From IMG/VR virus record IMGVR_UViG_2617270950_000011: DNA of 30,900 bases; one strand, given 5' to 3'. Source of the stretch: a virus (lineage: Duplodnaviria > Heunggongvirae > Uroviricota > Caudoviricetes). This document shows, piece after piece, positions 10,682-18,999 of the stretch. Under the pieces are notes generated by a model. That model made no database searches, was not told the DNA's origin, and saw only the letters and a list, made by a program, of their open reading frames with translations. The position numbers and the translations under genes are program-made. Numbering within the stretch: position 1 is the first letter of the stretch; every line of letters begins with the position of its first letter.

Positions 10682-10684
10682 CTG

Positions 10685-11248
10685 TTATTCCTCTGACAGT
10701 CCGGCGTTTTCACCGGCGGCAGTTGCACCAGGCAGACGGATGTGTGCCTTAAATTCCGGCGTGCCTTCCGGTTCGGTAAAGGTTTCGTAATGGCGCAGGA
10801 AATCATCCAGCGAGCTGATATCCGTCAGCGGGTCGATCATTTCCTCGCATGAGAAATACAGGGCGTACATCACGGCACCGCTGCCTGCCTGCGTTTCGGT
10901 GTAACCGTTGACCGCCTTTTCAAAGTAAAGCGGTGAGGTTTTTTCTGCTCTGAAGCCGTCCAGCACGGTAATCAGGCGGGCCACAATCTGATAAAGCCCG
11001 GGACGGCTGACCTCACGGCCATTGAGCATGTCGCCGATGACGTAGAACACCCAGTGACTGACCAGACGCCCACGGGTACGCCCTTCACCGGCACCCAGCC
11101 AGGCAACATAGATAGCCGGGGCGTTAATCAGCATGGTGCGCAGTACGCTGTCGCTCCAGTCGCCGGGATGTGTGTCAACAGACACCAGTTCATTCCCGAA
11201 ATACTCACGGATACGGGCGATGTACGCCTGCTCGGTTTCCGTAATCAT
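10685..11248 (-). CDS. Phage morphogenesis protein (Mu gp37-like, DUF1834-type)
   Basis: 187-aa ORF (MITETEQAYIARIREYFGNELVSVDTHPGDW...) upstream of the sheath; family assignment from memory. Confidence 0.45.
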   Translation of the reverse strand: MITETEQAYIARIREYFGNELVSVDTHPGDWSDSVLRTMLINAPAIYVAWLGAGEGRTRGRLVSHWVFYVIGDMLNGREVSRPGLYQIVARLITVLDGFRAEKTSPLYFEKAVNGYTETQAGSGAVMYALYFSCEEMIDPLTDISSLDDFLRHYETFTEPEGTPEFKAHIRLPGATAAGENAGLSEE

Positions 11249-11372
11249 ATAAAGCCCTTCTGGTTGCGCCCGAACACCGCCGCATCAGACTGCACCTGCG
11301 GTAAATCCCCGGATTCAGGGGCCGCACCGTCTGTATCCACGCCGACCGGCACGTTACCGTTCATGACATCTT

Positions 11373-12518
11373 TCAGCCAGGCCAGCGCCTCACGGTATCC
11401 GAGTAATACAGAAACGGTTTGCCATGATGGCGAATACCGTGCTGTATGGCACCGGCTACGGCGAAAACATTTTCAGCCAGGTCAAGGCTCCAGCCCACCA
11501 CAAAGCGCGTGCCACCGTCGATAACAAAGGTCACTTCCGGTGCGAATGGCCGCCCGTGAACCGGGTGCGCGCATTTCAGCTTCATGCCGTGACCGTCACC
11601 AATCCAGACATAATTCACCGGCATTTTTGACCAGTCGCGGCGCGTGAATCCCTCAAGCTGGCGGTATTCACTGCCGGTAACCCGTCCTTTTTGTTTCACC
11701 ACTTCCGGCAGTTTCTTCATTGCGCGGCGAATGGTGTCATAAGACGGCATGATATCGAGCATATAAGGCTCATCAGCGTGCCGGTGCTGCCATTCGGCAA
11801 CAAAATCCTCGTAAGCCTCGGTCATTGGTCGGCCGTTTGACTGGCGATACTGCGCCAGAAATTCGGGCAACCAGTTAATATCTTCGGCTTTTATTTCCTG
11901 GCGTTTACCTGGTGCCAGCAAAAGCAGGCGTTCAGCAGCGTTCTGTGCCTTATTAAAGGCCGCAATCCAGCGTTTCAGCGTGATTTCACTCAACACGCGA
12001 CTGTTTCCCTTTCTGGCGTTCGCTATCTCAACCATTGCCACAATGCGCTCATCCAGTTGCGAGTGTGACAGGCGGTCAACGATGAACCAGATAGCTTTAG
12101 CGCAGCTGAAACCGGGTTGTTGCGTGAATTTCAGCACCTCACTGACGATCGCAATGCGTGCGTCTGCCACCTGGCGCTGGTTTTCAGTCAGGGCATTGAG
12201 GCGTTCGACCATCAGTTGTGGTGATCCGCGATATGCCTCCACCGCATCAACCACGGCAGACGAGCGTCTGGCCTTTGTCACCACCGGAGCCGGTGATTCA
12301 TCGGCTTTTTGCGTCATCAGTTGCAGGGCATAACGTTCGCGTAATGCCTGCTGTGTCACTTCAGGTAAACAGTCAATGCTGTATTCAAAACCTTTAGCGC
12401 CTTTCTTGCGGCGTCTGCTGGTTTCGCTGGTTGCATACTTCCTGATTGAATAGCGAACGCCTTGCTCCGTTCCCGGCATCCCCGGTAATCCAACCAGTTC
12501 TTTGACTGAAGCAAACAT
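11373..12518 (-). pseudogene. Mu-type DDE transposase (MuA-like), C-terminally truncated after the second catalytic Asp
   Basis: 381 aa. N-terminus has the Mu winged-helix end-binding pattern (SVKELVGLPGMPGTEQGVRYSI...GAKGFEYSIDCLP); WIGDGHGMKL and ...YYSDTVRRWPG* match the first two DDE aspartate regions of MuA (recalled). The catalytic Glu and C-terminal domains are missing, and the next gene is gp37-like, not B. Confidence 0.75.
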
Positions 12519-12520
12519 AA

Positions 12521-12751
12521 TTACGCGACCTTACGAATGTAGCGGCTGGGCCAAATCTCCTCGGGCGGCACCCCCAGGCATTCCGCGATAATCCCCTCAT
12601 ACTTGGGAACATGGCGGTATACCGCGTTGTACAGATTGTTCTGACCCACGCCAGCTTTACGGGCCAGCGCCCTCATGCTTCCTTCTCTGGCTCTGACTTC
12701 CCCCAAAATTCTTTGAGGATGCCAATCAGGCTTAACTTCATTTCTCGCCAT
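12521..12751 (-). CDS. ner: Ner-like DNA-binding regulator
   Basis: 76 aa; ...WHPQRILGEVRAR...ALARKAGVGQNNLYNAV...PEEIWPSRYI matches the Mu Ner/Nlp pattern (recalled); sits immediately upstream of the transposase on the same strand. Confidence 0.75.
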   Translation of the reverse strand: MARNEVKPDWHPQRILGEVRAREGSMRALARKAGVGQNNLYNAVYRHVPKYEGIIAECLGVPPEEIWPSRYIRKVA

Positions 12752-12780
12752 GATTCATCTATCCTAAAAAGTTACGAAAT

Positions 12781-12804
12781 TTGATAACTAAACTTAGTTA
12801 TCAA
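12781..12804. promoter_or_regulatory. Operator-like 24-bp palindrome in the divergent ner/repressor control region
   Basis: TTGATAACTAA-AC-TTAGTTATCAA: 11-bp perfect inverted arms, with further TTGATA half-sites just upstream (~12779) and downstream (~12806); lies between the divergent Ner-like and repressor genes. Confidence 0.5.
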
Positions 12805-12935
12805 GTTTGATATAAGTATTGATCCACTTCTGCTTCATGTAAAGCAAAAAAACATCTTTCTTTTGTCTATTGTGGATCAATGGTTGCTGACAACACTAAA
12901 AGTTAATAATTTCAAATTGATAGGAAGAAAAGAAA

Positions 12936-13481
12936 ATGAACAAGCAAACAACAACATCTCTTTCTTTTCCTGGTGGTAGAAAAGAAAGCATTGCTGAGCG
13001 TCTGAAAAGGCTGATTGGCTCCCGCAGCGTCAGAGCTGCAGCAAGAGATTGGGGGCTTTCATTTTCAACACTAAACAATTATCTGTCTCGTGGCACTGAG
13101 CCATCCTTAAGTGTCGCCCTTCAGATTGCGTCTATCGAAGGAGTAAGTGTTGAGTGGCTATGTGGATTCAGTGATGCATCACAAGTGAATCGGTGCGAGA
13201 TCAAAGAAAATCAAGATGAAAGCAAGAAGATAATTATGACGATTATCAGCGCACTTGATGAAAAAGACTTAGAGCAGCTATCGAAAAATTTGGTTCTGAA
13301 TGGAGCCAAGTACTTAGCTCGGTTGTTAGAGCCTGAAAATCAAGATCTAATCCGCTTAGAAGGAAGGAAAAGAATAGCTGCATTACAGCTTGAAGGTATG
13401 TCTGACGAACGCGTCAGAGAGATTTTGGAAGAAACTGAGAGAAGTCGCAAATCTAACGCGGTAGAACCAAAAGCGGGTTAA
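12936..13481 (+). CDS. Phage repressor with CI-type N-terminal HTH (Phage_CI_repr-like)
   Basis: 181 aa; ...ERLKRLIGSRSVRAAARDWGLSFSTLNNYLSRGTEPSLSVALQIASIEGVSVEWLCG is a CI-type helix-turn-helix; divergent from ner across the operator palindrome. Confidence 0.7.
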   Translation: MNKQTTTSLSFPGGRKESIAERLKRLIGSRSVRAAARDWGLSFSTLNNYLSRGTEPSLSVALQIASIEGVSVEWLCGFSDASQVNRCEIKENQDESKKIIMTIISALDEKDLEQLSKNLVLNGAKYLARLLEPENQDLIRLEGRKRIAALQLEGMSDERVREILEETERSRKSNAVEPKAG

Positions 13482-13555
13482 TAGCATTAGCCCGCATTTT
13501 GCACTATATCGAGTATTTCGCATTGTTTGGAACGCCTTAAAAGACTAAAACCACA

Positions 13556-13711
13556 GTATCAAATGAGTTGCCGATTTTATAATAAATGACTAATTATTGC
13601 ACAATCGGTATCAAATAGACCTTATCCGCACATCTAGCCATCACCTGTTTTATTTCAGTATCTTACAGGTGATTTCACCTCCTTTCACTAAAACCCTTGT
13701 CGGTATCAAAT
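13556..13711 (+). repeat. Three direct copies of GTATCAAAT plus a 9-bp inverted repeat at the repressor/gene A junction
   Basis: GTATCAAAT at 13556-13564, 13608-13616 and 13703-13711; inverted repeat ATCACCTGT / ACAGGTGAT at 13640-13648 and 13665-13673; TTATCCGCA (DnaA-box-like) at 13622-13630. Function unknown. Confidence 0.4.
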
Positions 13712-15715
13712 GATTCACCTGGTTATATTAACGAGGCCGCCGCAGCATTCTCATGGAACAGCCCGAAAAAGGCTATTAACCCTTATCTGGACCCGGCGGA
13801 AGTTGCGCCGGTTTCTGCGCTTTCAAACCTGATCACTCTGTACGCTGCCGATAACGAGCAGGAACAACTGCGCCGCGAGGCACTGAGTGATCAGGTTTGG
13901 GAGCGTTATTTCTTTAATGAATCCCGTGATCCTGTCCAGCGCGAAATGGAGCAGGATAAGTTCATTAGCCGGGCAAAGTTGGCGCATGAGCAGCAGCGTT
14001 TTAACCCGGACATGGTCATTCTGGCAGACGTTAACGCCCAGCCTTCCCATATCAGCAGGCCGCTGATGCAACGTATTGAATACTTCAGCAGCCTTGGTAG
14101 GCCAAAGGCTTATTCCCGCTATTTACGTGAGACGATTAAGCCATGTCTGGAACGGCTGGAGCATGTACGCGACAGTCAGCTATCCACTTCTTTTCGCTTT
14201 ATGGCAAGCCATGAAGGGCTGGACGGCCTGCTGATTCTGCCTGAAATGAGTCAGGATCAGGTGAAACGCCTGTCCACCCTTGTTGCTGCGCATATGAGCA
14301 TGTGCCTTGATGCAGCTTGTGGCGATTTGTATGCCACCGATGACGTTAAGCCAGAAGAAATCCGCAAGACATGGGAAAAGGTGGCAGCAGAAACCCTGCG
14401 ACTGGATGTCATACCGCCTGCGTTTGAGCAACTCCGCCGGAAAAGAAACCGCCGTAAACCCGTGCCCTATGAACTCATTCCGGGTTCGCTGGCGCGTATG
14501 TTGTGCGCCGATTGGTGGTACCGGAAATTATGGAAGATGCGTTGCGAATGGCGGGAAGAGCAGTTGCGTGCTGTTTGCCTGGTCAGCAAAAAAGCATCTC
14601 CCTATGTCAGCTATGAAGCCATGATGCATAAACGTGAGCAGCGCCGTAAGTCGCTGGAGTTTTTCCGTTCTCATGAACTGGTGAACGAAGACGGCGACAC
14701 GCTGGACATGGAGGATGTGGTAAACGCCAGCAGCAGCAACCCTGCGCATCGCCGCAATGAGATGATGGCCTGTGTTAAAGGTCTGGAGCTTATCGCGGAA
14801 ATGCGCGGTGACTGCGCCGTTTTCTACACCATCACCTGTCCGTCACGTTTCCATTCCACGCTAAATAACGGCAGGCCCAACGCTGAATACGTTAATGCCT
14901 GGGCGTCTCTGCATCGTGTTCAGCAATTCCGCTTCTTTGGCATTCCGGGGCGTCAGGCTTACCGTGAACTGCGATTGCTGGCTGGTCAGGCGGCAAGGCA
15001 ACAGGGGGACAAAAAAGCAGGTGCGCCGGTACTGGATAACCCGCGCCTTGATGCAATCCTGGCTGCTGCTGATGCTGGTTGTTTTGCCACCTACATCATG
15101 AAGCAGGGCGGCGTACTGGTTCCCCGCAAATATCACCTCATCAGAACTGCTTATGAAATCAACGAAGAACCGACCGCATATGGCGATCACGGTATTCGTA
15201 TTTATGGCATCTGGTCACCCATTGCAGAGGGCAAGATCTGCACTCATGCGGTGAAGTGGAAAATGGTTCGTAAGGCCGTTGACGTTCAGGAGGCGGCAGC
15301 CGACCAGGGCGCTTGCGCCCCTTGGACTCGTGGCAATAACTGTCCCCTTGCTGAAAATTTGAACCAACAAGGGAAAGACAAATCAGCTGATGGGGATACC
15401 AGGACGGACATTACCTGCATGGATGACAAGGAGTTGCACGATTACCTGCACAGTATGAGCAAAAAAGAGCGCCGGGAACTGGCTGCAAGGTTACGCCTGG
15501 TGAAACCGAAACGGCGTAAAGACTACAAACAGCGAATTACAGACCATCAGCGACAGCAGCTCGTCTATGAACTGAAGTCCAGAGGATTTAATGGCAGCGA
15601 GAAAGAGGTCGATTTACTCCTTCGCGGCGGCAGTATTCCGTCAGGAGCAGGCCTGCGTATCTTCTATCGGAACCAGCGTTTGCAGGAAGATGATAAGTGG
15701 CGAAACCTGTATTAA
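13697..15715 (+). CDS. P2 gene A-family replication initiator homologue, apparently missing the HUH/Tyr catalytic core
   Basis: 672-aa ORF from a TTG start (true start uncertain). [23 protein letters not shown] and [27 protein letters not shown] resemble recalled P2 A segments, but no HxH or YxxxY motif occurs anywhere in the ORF. Confidence 0.7.
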   Translation: MSVSNDSPGYINEAAAAFSWNSPKKAINPYLDPAEVAPVSALSNLITLYAADNEQEQLRREALSDQVWERYFFNESRDPVQREMEQDKFISRAKLAHEQQRFNPDMVILADVNAQPSHISRPLMQRIEYFSSLGRPKAYSRYLRETIKPCLERLEHVRDSQLSTSFRFMASHEGLDGLLILPEMSQDQVKRLSTLVAAHMSMCLDAACGDLYATDDVKPEEIRKTWEKVAAETLRLDVIPPAFEQLRRKRNRRKPVPYELIPGSLARMLCADWWYRKLWKMRCEWREEQLRAVCLVSKKASPYVSYEAMMHKREQRRKSLEFFRSHELVNEDGDTLDMEDVVNASSSNPAHRRNEMMACVKGLELIAEMRGDCAVFYTITCPSRFHSTLNNGRPNAEYVNAWASLHRVQQFRFFGIPGRQAYRELRLLAGQAARQQGDKKAGAPVLDNPRLDAILAAADAGCFATYIMKQGGVLVPRKYHLIRTAYEINEEPTAYGDHGIRIYGIWSPIAEGKICTHAVKWKMVRKAVDVQEAAADQGACAPWTRGNNCPLAENLNQQGKDKSADGDTRTDITCMDDKELHDYLHSMSKKERRELAARLRLVKPKRRKDYKQRITDHQRQQLVYELKSRGFNGSEKEVDLLLRGGSIPSGAGLRIFYRNQRLQEDDKWRNLY

Positions 15716-15807
15716 TTACGCGGGTTAACAATTCGTGCTCTTAATAATACCAGGCATATCAGGCTGATGAACGTAAAAAAACGTTTTACATCAGTAAGAT
15801 TATTATA

Positions 15808-15827
15808 TACTGTAAATATAAACAGTG
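15808..15827 (+). promoter_or_regulatory. LexA (SOS) box
   Basis: TACTGTAAATATAAACAGTG fits CTGT-N8-ACAG with an AT-rich spacer; about 40 bp upstream of the small ORF and DinI-like gene; a second half-site (TGTATACAGTA) follows at ~15832. Confidence 0.7.
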
Positions 15828-15868
15828 GTTATGTATACAGTATTGCTTGTGGTGTCATAGGAGGAAAG

Positions 15869-16057
15869 ATGCAGGACTATTTTTTGGAGTCTTTGAAGCT
15901 CCAGCGCATTGATTTTTTTCTTAAGCTTGTAGCGGCTAGTGAGTGTAGTGATGAAGAGAAGGGGCTGGCTTTGCAGTGGGTTTCTGAACTGACAGATGAA
16001 CTCATGGCAAAAATCAGAACCCACGAATACAACCGCTCAATGGATGTCATCAGCTGA
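15869..16057 (+). CDS. Small SOS-controlled protein, possibly Tum-type antirepressor N-domain homologue
   Basis: 62 aa from the ATG at 15869, preceded by AGGAGG. Downstream of the LexA box and upstream of a DinI-like gene, the arrangement of the 186 tum locus; the function is inferred from context only. Confidence 0.4.
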   Translation: MQDYFLESLKLQRIDFFLKLVAASECSDEEKGLALQWVSELTDELMAKIRTHEYNRSMDVIS

Positions 16058-16067
16058 GGTGACTTTT

Positions 16068-16301
16068 ATGCGCATTGAAATAATGATCGATAAAGAGCAG
16101 AAGATTAGCCAGTCTACCCTAGACGCCCTTGAATCCGAGCTTTACCGCAATCTGCGCCCCCTATATCCAAAAACGGTAATTCGCATCCGCAAAGGTAGCT
16201 CTAACGGTGTGGAACTGACCGGACTGCAACTGGACGAAGAAAGAAAACAAGTGATGAAAATTATGCAGAAGGTGTGGGAAGACGACAGCTGGCTGCATTA
16301 A
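16068..16301 (+). CDS. DinI-family protein
   Basis: 77 aa: MRIEIMIDK...LDALESELYRNLRPLYP...KQVMKIMQKVWEDDSW aligns along its length with E. coli DinI (MRIEVTIAK...IDALAGELSRRIQYAFP...ISEILQETWESADDW, recalled); GAGGTG ribosome-binding site. Confidence 0.8.
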   Translation: MRIEIMIDKEQKISQSTLDALESELYRNLRPLYPKTVIRIRKGSSNGVELTGLQLDEERKQVMKIMQKVWEDDSWLH

Positions 16302-16309
16302 GAAACCTT

Positions 16310-16345
16310 GCCCCCAAGAGAATTTATTCTGATGGGGGCTAGTTT
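16310..16345 (+). terminator. Putative intrinsic terminator after the DinI-like gene
   Basis: GCCCCCA ... TGGGGGC stem with an inner AGAAT/ATTCT stem, followed by TAGTTTGGG. Confidence 0.45.
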
Positions 16346-16707
16346 GGGCAACGAGTGAAACGAGGCGTAAGGTGGGCGGCCATTTTGATAAGTGATTGTA
16401 CGCTTTGTGTTGTGAGTTCAACGGGTCGATGCAACGCTATCCTTAATCAAGGGGACGTTGCTCATACCCATCGATGCAATGAAAATCCATACTCATGGGG
16501 AAGACCAGAATGTCCCTGCCTTTTTCATTTTGTTCAGCACATGCACTATGGCCATTGCCTTCCCAAGCTAGCTATCGTAATCACTCAGCGTCAGTAAACT
16601 ACTGAAAAATTGTTTTACCTTGTATATCAATAATGCCAAATCATACCCAAAAAATCGAAAATAATTAGATCGACAGGCAGAAGGCAATGTGAATAATCTT
16701 AAAAACC

Positions 16708-16737
16708 TTGACTGCCAGTGAGGTTTGGTTCTATAAA
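16708..16737 (+). promoter_or_regulatory. Candidate sigma70 promoter for darT-darG
   Basis: TTGACT (16708-16713), 18-bp spacer, TATAAA (16732-16737); AGGA ribosome-binding site before the ATG at 16769. Confidence 0.45.
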
Positions 16738-16768
16738 TAGACTTACGAATTTGAAAGGATGAGTTGAA

Positions 16769-17350
16769 ATGAGCGAAAGGAAAAGAATTGAAGATCAGTA
16801 TCTTCTCTATCATTTAACATGTATGGATAATCTACCTAGTATTTTAGACACAGGATTAAGATCTCGTGCATCAGTAAAAGGTGAGTTTGTTGATGTGGCC
16901 GACGGTGAAATAATAACAGGTCGCGAAGCATTAAATTTGCAAACAATGGTTCCTTTTCATTTCTTTACTAAGAATCCATTTGATGGAAGAGTCCTGAAAG
17001 ATCATAAGGAAAAATCATTTTGTATTATTTCGGTTTGTCGGGCATTTGCCAAAGAAAATGGTTGGAAAGTTATCCCTAAACATCCATTATCCACCAGTTC
17101 TGTTATAGACCTCTTAGATTATGAACAAGGAATGGCCCAAATTGACTGGGAGCTTATGAATATAAGGGATTATAAAAATGCAGAATGCAAATCTGTATGT
17201 ATGGCTGAGTGTTTATCAAGTGTAACGGTCGAGCCGAAAAATTTCCATTGCATCTTTGTCAAAAATGATAACGAAAAAAAATATGTTGAAGGGTTGATAA
17301 AACAACAAGGATTAAGTATATTGATAACGATCAACACTTATATGTTCTAA
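16769..17350 (+). CDS. darT: DarT, DUF4433 ssDNA ADP-ribosyltransferase toxin
   Basis: 193 aa; N-terminal LLYHLTCMDNLPSIL matches the DarT YHITHIDNL signature; VPFHFF and a downstream AECLS (candidate catalytic Glu) motif; followed 4 nt later by a macrodomain gene. Confidence 0.8.
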   Translation: MSERKRIEDQYLLYHLTCMDNLPSILDTGLRSRASVKGEFVDVADGEIITGREALNLQTMVPFHFFTKNPFDGRVLKDHKEKSFCIISVCRAFAKENGWKVIPKHPLSTSSVIDLLDYEQGMAQIDWELMNIRDYKNAECKSVCMAECLSSVTVEPKNFHCIFVKNDNEKKYVEGLIKQQGLSILITINTYMF

Positions 17351-17354
17351 TTCT

Positions 17355-18326
17355 ATGATTAAGTATGCAAGCGGAAATCTTCTAAACTCTACATCGCAAG
17401 CTCTTGTGAATGCTGTAAACTGCCAAGGAGTCATGGGAAAGGGTATTGCTTTGGCTTTTAAAGAAACTTTTCCCTATAATTTCGAAGTTTATAAGAGAGC
17501 ATGCACCACTGGTACAATGAAAATTGGACAGGTTTTAATTGTAGAGGAAAAGGGAAAAATAATCGTAAACTTTCCCACTAAAGATAGTTGGAGAAAAAAA
17601 TCAACATATGATTTTATCTCGCAAGGCCTTGAATCTTTAGCAAAAATTATAGACGAAAAAAAAATTACATCAATATCAATACCACCTTTAGGCTGTGGTA
17701 ATGGGGGCCTCGATTGGAATAAGGTTGAGGCTCTTATTTTAAAAACTTTTCAAAATTTAGATAATGTTGATGTGGTAATTTATCCGCCTGCAACTAACAA
17801 TCAGCTTTCAAAAAATAAAAATGTTATTAATGCTAAGCATCTTTTGGTTCACTACGCCTATGGAAAATTAAAAGTTAAGCAAAAATATTCCCTTTATACA
17901 GTTTTTTATATTTGCGAATGTATTGAGAAAGCAAATCTTTTTTTATTCGATTTTAAACATGGTCGGCCATACTCTTCTGAGTTAGAAAATATTATGAAGG
18001 ATATAGCAAACCTTAAAGTTGAGTTGCAAGGAGATTTTGATGCTTTTATTGAAGATTATATTAATACTCATCAATCCAAAGAGTTACAAACCGAGTTTGG
18101 TAAACTAATCTCAACTTTAAATCCAAGTATAAGTTTTCTCAATGCTCTTAAAAATAAGATTGATTATACAGATAGCGTACATGTGATCACGAGAATTGCT
18201 AAAGAAAAAGATCATGGCTTGCATATTGACAATTTCAAAGAATATGAAAATATTGTGCAGCATTTAATTAAAAATGGATTGGTAATCGAAGATATTTTTA
18301 ACGAACTAAAAATAAAGGGAAGTTAG
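17355..18326 (+). CDS. darG: DarG, macrodomain antitoxin
   Basis: 323 aa; N-terminal ALVNAVNCQGVMGKGIALAFKETFP is a macrodomain signature; translationally coupled to darT (stop 17348-17350, ATG 17355). Confidence 0.8.
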   Translation: MIKYASGNLLNSTSQALVNAVNCQGVMGKGIALAFKETFPYNFEVYKRACTTGTMKIGQVLIVEEKGKIIVNFPTKDSWRKKSTYDFISQGLESLAKIIDEKKITSISIPPLGCGNGGLDWNKVEALILKTFQNLDNVDVVIYPPATNNQLSKNKNVINAKHLLVHYAYGKLKVKQKYSLYTVFYICECIEKANLFLFDFKHGRPYSSELENIMKDIANLKVELQGDFDAFIEDYINTHQSKELQTEFGKLISTLNPSISFLNALKNKIDYTDSVHVITRIAKEKDHGLHIDNFKEYENIVQHLIKNGLVIEDIFNELKIKGS

Positions 18327-18999
18327 TAGCGCTATTTTCAATTTTTTTGCTGAAATTGCGCATGCACACTCTTACGCATTATAGATGCGGCGTTAATCCC
18401 GCCAGGAGTGTTGTTTAATAAATTGAACTATTTCTGCATTGAAGGATCAACTTACGCATTCGCTGACAACGCAGGCACTCTCCTGGCTAAGCAGAAATTC
18501 AGAGTAACCAACTGGCACTTTTACAACAATTTTCTTATCAGTTGCGGCTCCATGACTTTCTGGTGGGATAACAAAGCAATTAAGGCGTGGTATTGTAAGT
18601 ATCCCGCATAATCATGCTAGTAACATTTGTCCCCCATGTAACCTAATTAAGGCAACTTCCGCTCTTCGCTCACAGTGAACCTCCATGTTTGTAAACCCGT
18701 ATATTTCGTTTTTCAAGTGGTCATTCAGATACGGATTTTCACTTCTCTTGGCTGTGCATGTCTATGCCGCATGAATCCGCATGATCGTTTGAGGATCGTT
18801 TTTGCTGAGGCCCCCCAGAACTGGCGGGCTTTTGCTTATGTCATGCAGGTGCATGAAAACCACTGCATAAAGCGGGCAGGCGTGGCGGGGATACGAGCGC
18901 GCGCTAACTCATAAATCTTAGATTATTAGTGGATTTATCTCATTGAAATGTGCACTATTCCCAGCATTGAGTTGTACCAGATGTCTTTATGGAGGGACT

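Larger units (their letters stand above)
1..13650. mobile_element. Mu-like (transposable phage) prophage remnant: repressor, ner, truncated transposase and a complete-looking contractile tail module; no head or lysis genes in window; continues past window start
   Basis: Minus-strand gene string with Mu-type order (ner, MuA-like DDE transposase, sheath, tube, tape measure, gpN/gpP-like, baseplate, fibre) and a divergent CI-type repressor. Boundaries are approximate; the right boundary is inferred to lie between the repressor stop (13481) and the gene A homologue. Confidence 0.6.

Noticed and set aside
11054-11524. 156-aa plus-strand ORF spanning the transposase/gp37 junction
   Set aside because: Antisense to both flanking genes, no ribosome-binding site, no recognisable motifs.
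15767-15868. Upstream extension of the small SOS-controlled ORF to the ATG at 15767
   Set aside because: It would translate through the LexA box and promoter; the internal ATG at 15869 has a strong AGGAGG site.
16355-16597. 80-aa Cys/His-rich ORF (zinc-finger-like by composition)
   Set aside because: GTG start without a ribosome-binding site, overlaps the terminator and structured repeats; composition alone is not enough to call a gene.
18408-18914. Two short ORFs (67 and 79 aa) between darG and the 607-aa gene
   Set aside because: No ribosome-binding sites and implausible composition; treated as non-coding spacer (see finding).
18327-18942. Retron-type msr/msd non-coding RNA
   Set aside because: No reverse transcriptase gene (no YADD-type motif) in the island and no flanking a1/a2 inverted repeats recognised.
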